Shown here: piece by piece, positions 19,973 to 28,637 of the stretch
How the letters are laid out: every line of letters begins with the position of its first letter
Position numbering within the stretch: position 1 is the first letter of the stretch
DNA from: an uncultured delta proteobacterium
GTDB lineage: Bacteria; Myxococcota_A; Polyangia; Haliangiales; Haliangiaceae
Direction of reading: 5' to 3'
Length of the DNA stretch: 64,000 bases
NCBI GenBank assembly: GCA_963848295.1
Contig: CAWKDB010000010.1
Span: forward strand, 544,001-608,000
Translations under genes and position numbers: made by a program
Notes under the pieces: model-generated
Told to the model about the DNA's origin: nothing
The model's input: only the letters and a program-made list of their open reading frames with translations
Database searches by the model: none

Positions 19973-21642
19973 GTTCCCTCCGTCGCCGACTGATCGTCCG
20001 TTGAAACCGATACTCCCCAATTCGAGAGCGTTCGCGACGTCACGATGTCGGTCATCTCACGCGCAGCGAGATCCGCTTGTGATGCATCATCGATCGGTTC
20101 GTGATCTGAGCTTACGAGGGCGAGCCGCTTGAAGTCGCCGGTCACGGTCAGTCGACCAGCTTCGTCGCGCGTAATGATTGTGGGGTTCGGCTCGTTCCAA
20201 CCGACCGAGATCTTCAGGGGGATGCGCGCGACGCGAAGGTCGAGATCACCTAAGTGATCAGCAACCGCTTGCGCAACGCCAACAACGCGCACATCGTTGA
20301 CTCGTGGATTACCGCTCTCGATGTTGACCCTGATCTCGAGCACACCCGCGATCGATTTCCCGGCAGCCCTGGATAGGTCGGTCACTTCGGTCTCTGATGG
20401 TGCCTGATTGCCGAGAGTAGTTGCGCCCGCTGACATTCGTGCCTTGAACGCGAGCCACGCCCCTGCGGACGCGGCTAACTGCGCGGCCTCGGCGGCCTCA
20501 GCCGACTGAGAGAACGCGTGGTCGACCGCCTCCATCATGGCGACAGCAACTTCCGGCTTCGAATAGAGGAGAAGAAAGTGACGGGTGTGATGATCTTTGG
20601 CAATGTGCGCGTTGGCCGTTTCCATCTTGTCGAGGGTGTCCAACTGCGCCTTTAGGAACGCAACGCTCGTGTTCGAAGTGTTGTCGGCCGCACCGTGAAC
20701 TGCCTCGAGAGACGCGGTCGCCGCTTGCTTCAGTGCATCGCGGACTCCGCCAGAGGTCATCTTTTCCAGCGCAATCGAGCCCCCCTCCTCAACCGATTTA
20801 ACCAACGCCGATGCAACCGCACCTCCGACGTACGTCGCAAGCACGGCGGTCCCCAAGGTGATTGCAGCTTTCGCGATATCCCACCAAACCTCCCGCTCAA
20901 CGCGTGGTGCCTTGTAGGTTGCGATCTCCGCCTGCAACACGTTGGCCCCGGTCCGCTGGTGTCGAGCAAGGTCGGCGGCGGAAATCGCCGCAGCGTCATA
21001 AGCGTCGTCGAATCGCCTTGCGGCGTCTGCCGGTGGACCGTCCTTTCTCGAGTTCGCGTGAAACGCCGCGAGCTCCGCGTTCGCGGTCGCCTCTTCGGCC
21101 TGCTCGGCTTTCTGATCGTGCGCGGCTGCCTCGCGCTCCGCTCGCGTCGGGCTCGGCACGTCCGCAAGCTCGCGCCCACCGCCGACGAGCGACACGCGGC
21201 CCGTTTCGACGTGGCCATCGGGCCAGGTCGCAGTGAGCCACAGGTCGCCGTTGAACGTCTGGTGCTTGAAATCAGCGCCGCGCGGCGAGAACCGCACGCG
21301 CACCGGGTTCGCGAGCTGTTCGCGGAGGTCGTCGGCCGACATCGAGCCCACTTGCACGAGCCACGGAAGGCACGACTCGACGCTGAACGGCGTCCCCTCG
21401 GCGATCGTCGCGATGAGCTTCGCCGGACCGCACATTCGATTGAACGGCGCTGGCAAGTCGAACACGTGGCTGCTGCCGAACACCTGTTCGCCGACGTCGA
21501 GTAACGGCGGAAGCGGCGACAATCGGCTGTCGCCGCCGCCCATTCCGTTCGTCACGAGATTCGGATCGACGGTGGCGTGCGACGTCCGCGTTGTTGGAAC
21601 GTCGGGGCGCTTCGGCTTTGCTGCGCGGTCGGGTCCTGACAT
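19969..21642 (-). CDS. Putative effector with an Ig-like domain and hydrophobic hairpin
   Basis: LLDVGEQVFG...VRVRFSPR...VSLVGGG beta-sandwich pattern, hydrophobic IAKAAITLGTAVLATYVGGAVASAL, coupled lipoprotein gene. Confidence 0.55.
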   Translation of the reverse strand: MSGPDRAAKPKRPDVPTTRTSHATVDPNLVTNGMGGGDSRLSPLPPLLDVGEQVFGSSHVFDLPAPFNRMCGPAKLIATIAEGTPFSVESCLPWLVQVGSMSADDLREQLANPVRVRFSPRGADFKHQTFNGDLWLTATWPDGHVETGRVSLVGGGRELADVPSPTRAEREAAAHDQKAEQAEEATANAELAAFHANSRKDGPPADAARRFDDAYDAAAISAADLARHQRTGANVLQAEIATYKAPRVEREVWWDIAKAAITLGTAVLATYVGGAVASALVKSVEEGGSIALEKMTSGGVRDALKQAATASLEAVHGAADNTSNTSVAFLKAQLDTLDKMETANAHIAKDHHTRHFLLLYSKPEVAVAMMEAVDHAFSQSAEAAEAAQLAASAGAWLAFKARMSAGATTLGNQAPSETEVTDLSRAAGKSIAGVLEIRVNIESGNPRVNDVRVVGVAQAVADHLGDLDLRVARIPLKISVGWNEPNPTIITRDEAGRLTVTGDFKRLALVSSDHEPIDDASQADLAAREMTDIVTSRTLSNWGVSVSTDDQSATEGT

Positions 21643-21651
21643 GCCAGCCGT

Positions 21652-21677
21652 TATCGACCACCGCGCGCCGCGGTTGC
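21652..21677 (-). promoter_or_regulatory. Shared motif GCAAC-N15-TCGATA
   Basis: 9 nt upstream of ATG 21642. Confidence 0.65.
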
Positions 21678-21699
21678 GCGGCGCCGCAACGTCGCGCAA

Positions 21700-22719
21700 C
21701 TACGCCGGCTCGAGCTCGGCGCGCAGCGCCGCGACGACCCGGGCCGGCGCCTTGAACCGCACGCGCGTGCCATCGTCGTGATGCTCTTCCGCGAGCACGG
21801 TCGCGCGCTCGTGGATCGAGTGGATCACGCGCTGCGAAGCCCACGGCACGTCGAGCTCGGTCTCTTCGAGCGCGCCGGCGAATTGTTCGATCATCTTGTC
21901 GCGCAGCTTGGCGACGTCGGCCGGCGTCTTCGCCGACAGCTGGAGCGCGCCGGGATAGCGCTCGGCGAGCGCGGCGCGGCCGGCGGCGTCGACGCGATCG
22001 ATCTTGTTGAGCACGAGCCAGGTCGGCACCTCGTCGCGCGCCGATCTCGCCGAGCACCTCGCGCGTGACCGCGAGCTGGTCCGCGTGCGCGGGATCCGAC
22101 GCGTCGACGACGTGGAGGAGCAAGTCCGCGTCGAGCGCCTCGTCGAGCGTCGAGCGAAACGACGCGACGAGATCGTGCGGCAGCTTCTTGATGAAGCCGA
22201 CGGTGTCGGTGACGAGGATCGGCGGCTCGGTCGGCGGCTGGAGCCGGCGCACGGTCGTGTCGAGGGTCGCGAACAGCTTGTCGGCGACGTAGACGTCGGT
22301 CGCTGGTGAGCGCGCGCATCAGCGACGACTTGCCGGCGTTCGTGTAGCCGACGAGCGCGACGGTCGGCAGCATCGCTGCGGCGGTCGCGCGCGGATGTTC
22401 GCGCCGCCTTCGATCGTCGCGAGCTCGTCGCTGCAGCTCGGCGATCCGGTCGCGGATTCCGCCGGCGATCGAGCTCGAGCGCGGTCTCGCCGGCGCCCTT
22501 GCCGCCGATGCCGCCGCGCTCGCGATCGCCGCCGCCGCCGCTCTCGCGCAGCCGCGGCGCGAGGTACTTGAGGCGCGCGATCTCGACCTGGAGGCGCGCC
22601 TCGCGGCTCTTGGCGTGGCGGTGGAAGATCTCGACGATCACCGACGTGCGATCGAGGACCTCGGCGCCGGTCGCCTTCTCGAGGTTGCGCTGCTGGGTCG
22701 GCGACAGCTCGTGATCGAC
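21700..22719 (-). pseudogene. hflX: 5'-truncated, frameshifted second copy of hflX
   Basis: 3' end matches 27199 onward. The upstream part has substitutions (VIVEIFHRHAKS vs VILEIFQRHAKT) and several indels. Confidence 0.85.
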
Positions 22720-22736
22720 CTCGAGACCGGTCGCGA

Positions 22737-23454
22737 GTTCTCGCTCGCGATGTCGAGCGGGTTCTTTTCGTTCTACGCGCACACCGGGATGTTGACGTCG
22801 TTAACGTCGCGCGGGCTCGCACCGACGCTCGTCGCCGGCTCGAGCGCCGGGGCGTTGGTCGGCGGTGCCTGGGCAGCGGGGCTCGAGCCCGCGGCGCTCG
22901 CCGAGCTGTTGTTCGCGCTGCGCCGCGACGACTTCTGGGATCCGGCGCTCGGCGCGGGCTTACTCGCGGGCCGGCGGTTCGATGCGCTGCTGCGCGCGAT
23001 CCTGCCGGTGACCTCGATGCGAGCGTGTCGCGTGCCGGTCAAGATCAGCGTGTTCGATATCGTGGCACGCCGCACCACGGTGATCGACGATGGCGAGCTG
23101 CCGGCGACGATCCGCGCCTCGTGCTGCGTGCCGGTGATGTTCCATCCGGTGCGGATCGGCCGGCGCCTGTACTGGGACGGCGGCATCCTCGATCGGCCGG
23201 GCCTGGCCGGCGTGCCGCCCGGCGAGCGCGTGTTGATGCATCACATCGCGAGCAAGTCGCCGTGGCGCGCCGAGCTCCCGATCCCGCGGCGCGCCGGCAT
23301 GGTCACGCTCGTCGTCGACGGCTTGCCGCGCTCCGGGCCGTTCAAGCTCGACGAAGGCCGCCGCGCGCTCGCGCTCGCCCGCGAGGCGACGCAGCGCGCT
23401 CTCGATACCGCGATCCCGGCGGACGGCATCGTGCGGCTCGGCGCAGGCGCCTAA
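22737..23454 (+). pseudogene. Patatin-like phospholipase, second copy lacking the first ~12 codons
   Basis: Matches the first copy from 16770. GSSAG, RASCCVP and DGG are present, but the native start is missing. Confidence 0.8.
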
Positions 23455-23496
23455 CTTCGCGTCGTCGCGTGCGAATCGGCGCTTCGCCAGCGCCGC

Positions 23497-23522
23497 GCAA
23501 CTTTCACGACCTCGTGCCGATA
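23497..23522 (+). promoter_or_regulatory. Shared motif GCAAC-N15-CCGATA
   Basis: 8 nt upstream of ATG 23531. Confidence 0.65.
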
Positions 23523-23530
23523 GCAGCGGC

Positions 23531-26245
23531 ATGGGCGAATTCGCGGACCCGGGTCGTACGTATGACACGAGCTACGCGCCGCGCTCGGCGATGACCGACG
23601 CGTATCAGCCGCCCGTTCGCGCACAGGCGGATCCAGCCAACGACACGATCGTTTCGGCCAGGCGCGACATCGATGCGATACCAGGCGCGATCGAGTTGGT
23701 CCGCCGAGCGCACGCGGCGAACGACCCGAAGGCTTGGGTCGCGGCGAAACAGGCGCTCGATCGACGAATCGCCGACGCGCAGCGCGTGCTCGCGAGTGCG
23801 CGTACGCGCGTGGCGACGGCTTCGCCCGAGTCGGTGCGCGGCTTGAGCGAAGCCGACCAGATGTTGAGCGCGCTCGAGGATGCGGCCGGCGCGCTGGCGG
23901 AGGCGCCGCTCGGTTGGGTCCAGGTCTCACGCGAGCAGGAGATCCTCGCGATCCTCGACGCTCCGATGAATAGCGCGCACGACGGCTGGGCGCAGAAGGA
24001 GGCGCCGCTCGAGGCCGCGTTCGATCAGCTCTCGCCTGCGGAGTCGGCGGTGATTTCGCGGCGGCTCAAAGAGCAGCACGCAGGCGATCCGGTCGCGGCG
24101 GCGCTCGCCCCGAACTTGCGGATCACGCGGTCGCGGTTCGACGCGTTGCTTGCTCATCTCGCCGGCGCTCGAAAGCGGCAAGCTATGCAGGCCGTGGGCG
24201 GTTCGGACATCGAGCCTTCCAATTCGAAGCCCGAGACGGCAAGCGCCGGCGCGGCGGCGGCTTCGACGAACGACCTCCTCCGCCAGGCGCTGGAGGTTGG
24301 CGGCGCTGGTAGAGAGACGCAGCTCGAGGCCGTGTTCGCAGCACTCGATGGCACCGAGCGCCGCGCTCTCGTGTCGCGACTCGAGAGCTACCGACCGGGT
24401 TCAGGCGATGACGTCGCGGCGCGGTTCGTTCGGCTTGACGATGTCACGCGCCAACGCCTCCTTGCAGCGCTGCGCGACGGCAAGCCCGCAACGCTCAAGG
24501 ACGTCGCGCCGACGTTCGGGTCTCCGGTTCACAAGAAGAGCGACGATCGGCGCGAGATGCTCGCGTACTTTGTCGAGCGGATGACCGAGCAGCGGGAGAC
24601 GCTCGAGCGACACAACGAGAAGACGGATCCGCTGTTCGTCGTAGCTCGGAGCCACCTCGACTTCTCGACGCGAGCGGTGGGCTCGGAGACCCGGATGACG
24701 GTGGCGATCCAGAATGCTGAAGGTCGCCGGCTCGCGCTCGATCAGCTGATTCCGGTCGCGAACGACCCTTTCTCGGAGCTCACCGTCGAGCCGGCGAGCA
24801 GCCTCGTGTTCGATCCGGGCGAGGTTCGCGAGATCACCATCGCCTACCGCCCTGCCCGGGCGCTGCGCACGACGCAGACATTTCGCCTGATCGCGAACGG
24901 CGTGCCCGTCGGCCCGGAGGCGGACATCACGGTGAGCGGCGAAGGGAGCAATCTGTTCGAGGGTGTCGACGGTGTGCGCATCCAAGCACAGCGCGACGAG
25001 GCAGCGCTGGCTCGCGGCGACCGCTTGGAGGACCGGCTCTCATACCCACGCGCGTCGGCGAGGGAGCGGCTCGAGGCGTGGTCCAACGCCGCGAAGGAGC
25101 TGAACGCCTCGATCGCGGAGTGGACCGTGCGCAACTGGACCGTGTTCTACGGCAAGACAGGTCGCGATGCCGGTGTCGTCGACATGCACGCGGTCGCAGG
25201 CGTGATCGAGAAGGTCGTAAAAAAGGGCGCGAAGTCTGGTTCGAAGTCCGCGATCAAAGCGTTCGCGCAGGTAGCAAGAAGCGAAGCAAGCGCCGGGCTG
25301 GTGGCAGGTGCATCGTCCGAGGCTGCGCAGCTCGCTCGAGGCGCGATGTACGCCGAGAACATCGTCGTGGGGCTTGTCGTCGATAAGGCGATCGACATCT
25401 TCGGCAGCTGGGTGCTCGACAAGCTCGGCGTCGCGCCGCCGACGGCCGACGAACGCGAGCTCGCCGCGAGCGAGCACGTCGCGAGCGAGAGCATCGACAA
25501 GAGCGTCGAGATCGGCGACGCCCGGCTTCGCGCGAATGCCGTAGTCGACGACACGGATTCGGCGGCGGCGCTGCGTATCGAGCAAGCCTCGTCCGCCAAC
25601 GAGCTTGAACAGTGGATCGCTTGGGCGCAGGATCAGAGCGCGGACCTGCCGAAGCCCGTGGACAAGAACGACCTGACGCTCTCGAATCACCTGCTCGCCG
25701 AGTGGGTGATGCAGCACGCAGAAACGCCGAGCTCGCCGATCGCTTCGACGAACAAGGCTGCGTGGAAGCAGGCCAAGGCCGAGCTTCACGAGTCGGGGGA
25801 GCTCGAGACGCTCGAGCGCAGCGATCTGTTTGTCCACCAATGCCTGCACGAGTGGAGCTCGCTCGGGTTGGACGGTGCCGAAGAAGCGGCGGCTTCCCTG
25901 TCGAACCGCGTCGCGGAGATCGCCAGACATCCGTGGAGGTTGGATGAAGTCGACGGCAGTGCGGTCCAGCGTTGGAACCTGGCCGACGGAGTCTATTTCC
26001 ACCGCAGCGTCGATCCGAAGCGAACCGCCGACACGCTCGGGGCCGGCGAACCGCTACTCAGCGAGACTGGTCGCGGTGAGGCGGTGTTCTCCAATGAGTT
26101 TTCGTTACGCTGCGGAGTCTCGCTCGTGCGTGAAGACGGCGCGATCTACGTCCGGGTGTTTAGCTACGAGCTCGAGTCCAGGTATCTAGGTACCCGCTCC
26201 GATCGCTATCCGTATATCGGTCGCTCGGTAGGACAAACCTCGTGA
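23531..26245 (+). CDS. Putative polymorphic effector: shared N-terminal domain, ASH/choice-of-anchor D-like Ig domain, helical C-terminus
   Basis: N-terminal ~320 aa homologous to the 13935 gene. LDFSTRAVG...ITIAYRP...ITVSGEG Ig pattern. Coupled lipoprotein downstream. Confidence 0.7.
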   Translation: MGEFADPGRTYDTSYAPRSAMTDAYQPPVRAQADPANDTIVSARRDIDAIPGAIELVRRAHAANDPKAWVAAKQALDRRIADAQRVLASARTRVATASPESVRGLSEADQMLSALEDAAGALAEAPLGWVQVSREQEILAILDAPMNSAHDGWAQKEAPLEAAFDQLSPAESAVISRRLKEQHAGDPVAAALAPNLRITRSRFDALLAHLAGARKRQAMQAVGGSDIEPSNSKPETASAGAAAASTNDLLRQALEVGGAGRETQLEAVFAALDGTERRALVSRLESYRPGSGDDVAARFVRLDDVTRQRLLAALRDGKPATLKDVAPTFGSPVHKKSDDRREMLAYFVERMTEQRETLERHNEKTDPLFVVARSHLDFSTRAVGSETRMTVAIQNAEGRRLALDQLIPVANDPFSELTVEPASSLVFDPGEVREITIAYRPARALRTTQTFRLIANGVPVGPEADITVSGEGSNLFEGVDGVRIQAQRDEAALARGDRLEDRLSYPRASARERLEAWSNAAKELNASIAEWTVRNWTVFYGKTGRDAGVVDMHAVAGVIEKVVKKGAKSGSKSAIKAFAQVARSEASAGLVAGASSEAAQLARGAMYAENIVVGLVVDKAIDIFGSWVLDKLGVAPPTADERELAASEHVASESIDKSVEIGDARLRANAVVDDTDSAAALRIEQASSANELEQWIAWAQDQSADLPKPVDKNDLTLSNHLLAEWVMQHAETPSSPIASTNKAAWKQAKAELHESGELETLERSDLFVHQCLHEWSSLGLDGAEEAAASLSNRVAEIARHPWRLDEVDGSAVQRWNLADGVYFHRSVDPKRTADTLGAGEPLLSETGRGEAVFSNEFSLRCGVSLVREDGAIYVRVFSYELESRYLGTRSDRYPYIGRSVGQTS

Positions 26246-27198
26246 GGTCCGCCGCTGTTCTCGGCATCCTGATCGCCATCGGATGCTCGCATTCGGACGG
26301 GCGCGCGGCGCGACATCACGCGTTCGAAGTGCGTCACGCGCGTATTCAGCGCTTGGTGACGAGTTGTAGTCCGGCAGATCAGGCCTCGCTTGTCCTGATG
26401 GCCACCGGTCGGTTCGACTGGGGCGACGGCGTCGAGGAGGCTCCCGCGGAAACGACCCTCGACGACCCGCGAGTCGAACCCGATCAGCTGGCGGTGCGAT
26501 GTCACGCTACGCTCGTCCTCGCTAGTACGCCGATGACGACCTTGGGGCGGAACATTGGCGCGCTCGAAAAACGAGCGCAGGTGCTGTCAGACTCCAAGGT
26601 GCTCGAGGGGCTTCACGTGATGCTCCATGACGTAACGACCGGCTGTACCGGCAACTACGGTCGCGACGCGGTCGCACGGACGTTGTTCCCCAAGGATGCC
26701 GTCGAGGACGTCATCCTCATGAATCCGATCGTCCCCACACCGACCGGGTATGAAGACCTCGAGGCTGAATGGGCTCCGTTCCGCGAGGAGATCGAGCGCT
26801 ATCATCCGAGCCCTCGCGTTCGGCGTTTAGATGAGTCCGTCGCCGATCTTTCTCCGGCGTCATTCCAGAAGGTACTCGAGATGCTCGATCCCGCATATGT
26901 GTGGAACGATGGCAACCCTCCACCGACCGACGAAGAGCGCGCCGAGATCCAGAAACACGGCCTCGTCGCCATGCACTGGGCCTTGACGCTCGCAGAGGAT
27001 GCGGCGCCGCCCGACTTCGAGCCGGGTCGTACGTACTATGTACCCAACGACTGCGAGATCGCACTCTACAAAGCGATCAAGACCGGAGCCCTAGGTGACG
27101 CCATGAGGACCCGCACCAATTCGCGTCGGGACGAGGTCAGCGATCACATCGACGCGTACCTCGGCCTCTTGCACGCGTTCCGAAACCCGAGCCCGTAA
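26242..27198 (+). CDS. Lipoprotein, putative immunity protein
   Basis: Lipobox IAIGC. GTGA overlap with the upstream gene. Confidence 0.65.
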   Translation: MRSAAVLGILIAIGCSHSDGRAARHHAFEVRHARIQRLVTSCSPADQASLVLMATGRFDWGDGVEEAPAETTLDDPRVEPDQLAVRCHATLVLASTPMTTLGRNIGALEKRAQVLSDSKVLEGLHVMLHDVTTGCTGNYGRDAVARTLFPKDAVEDVILMNPIVPTPTGYEDLEAEWAPFREEIERYHPSPRVRRLDESVADLSPASFQKVLEMLDPAYVWNDGNPPPTDEERAEIQKHGLVAMHWALTLAEDAAPPDFEPGRTYYVPNDCEIALYKAIKTGALGDAMRTRTNSRRDEVSDHIDAYLGLLHAFRNPSP

Positions 27199-28587
27199 CT
27201 ACGCCGGCTCGAGCTCGGCGCGCAGCGCCGCGACGACCCGGGCCGGCGCCTTGAACCGCACGCGCGTGCCATCGTCGTGATGCTCTTCCGCGAGCACGGT
27301 CGCGCGCTCGTGGATCGAGTGGATCACGCGCTGCGAAGCCCACGGCACGTCGAGCTCGGTCTCTTCGAGCGCGCCGGCGAATTGTTCGATCATCTTGTCG
27401 CGCAGCTTGGCGACGTCGGCCGGCGTCTTCGCCGACAGCTGGAGCGCGCCGGGATAGCGCTCGGCGAGCGCGGCGCGGCCGGCGGCATCGACGCGATCGA
27501 TCTTGTTGAGCAACAGCCAGGTCGGCATCTCGCGCGCGCCGAGCTCGCCGAGCACCTCGCGCGTGACCGCGAGCTGATCCGCGTGCGCGGGATCCGACGC
27601 GTCGACCAGGTGGAGGAGCAAGTCCGCGTCGCGCGCCTCGTCGAGCGTCGAGCGAAACGACGCGACGAGATCGTGCGGCAGCTTCTTGATGAAGCCGACG
27701 GTGTCGCTGACGAGGATCGGCGGCTCGGTCGGCGGCTGGAGCCGGCGCACGGTCGTGTCGAGGGTCGCGAACAGCTTGTCGGCGATGTAGACGTCGGTCG
27801 TGGTCAGCGCGCGCATCAGCGACGACTTGCCGGCGTTCGTGTAGCCGACGAGCGCGACGGTCGGCAGATCGCTGCGGCGGTTGCGCCGGATGTTCGCGCC
27901 GCCTTCGATCATCGCGAGCTCGTCGTTGAGCTCGGCGATCCGGTCGCGGATCCGCCGGCGATCGAGCTCGAGCGTGGTCTCGCCGGCGCCCTTGCCGCCG
28001 ACGCCGCCGCGCACGCGATCGCCACCGCCGCCGCTCTCGCGCAACCGTGGCGCGAGGTACTTGAGGCGCGCGATCTCGACTTGCAGGCGCGCCTCGCGGG
28101 TCTTGGCGTGACGCTGGAAGATCTCGAGGATCACCGACGTGCGATCGAGGACATCGGCGCCGGTCGCCTTCTCGAGGTTGCGCTGCTGGGTCGGCGACAG
28201 GTCGTGATCGACGAGCACGACCTTGGCCTTCGGCGCATCGGGCGCCGGGGCATCGGCGGCGGCGTCGTCGGCATCGTCGTCGTCGTCGTCGTCCGCGGGA
28301 TCGGCGGTCCCGGGCTTCTGGTACGTCGGCACGACGCCGGTGCCGCCGGTCCACTTCGCGAGCTCGACGAGCTTGCCTTCGCCGAGCACGAGCCCGGGGG
28401 CGAGCTTGGCGCGGCGTTGCGTCACGCGGCCGATCGGCTCGACCCCGAGGGTCTTCGCGAGCCGCTCGAGCTCTTCGATCGATGACCGCAGCTCGGCGTC
28501 ATCGACGCCGCGGGTCTGCACGGCGACGACCACCGCGCGCGGCCTCTCGCCGTCTCGGATCGTCAACCAGCTCGTGTCGTCGGCCAT
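27199..28587 (-). CDS. hflX: GTPase HflX
   Basis: GYTNAGKS, LFATLDTT, DTVGF, NKID. Confidence 0.95.
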   Translation of the reverse strand: MADDTSWLTIRDGERPRAVVVAVQTRGVDDAELRSSIEELERLAKTLGVEPIGRVTQRRAKLAPGLVLGEGKLVELAKWTGGTGVVPTYQKPGTADPADDDDDDDADDAAADAPAPDAPKAKVVLVDHDLSPTQQRNLEKATGADVLDRTSVILEIFQRHAKTREARLQVEIARLKYLAPRLRESGGGGDRVRGGVGGKGAGETTLELDRRRIRDRIAELNDELAMIEGGANIRRNRRSDLPTVALVGYTNAGKSSLMRALTTTDVYIADKLFATLDTTVRRLQPPTEPPILVSDTVGFIKKLPHDLVASFRSTLDEARDADLLLHLVDASDPAHADQLAVTREVLGELGAREMPTWLLLNKIDRVDAAGRAALAERYPGALQLSAKTPADVAKLRDKMIEQFAGALEETELDVPWASQRVIHSIHERATVLAEEHHDDGTRVRFKAPARVVAALRAELEPA

Positions 28588-28637
28588 GGCCGCGCACCTT
28601 AGTCGACCCGGACCCGGGCGGCAATCAGCTATGATTC

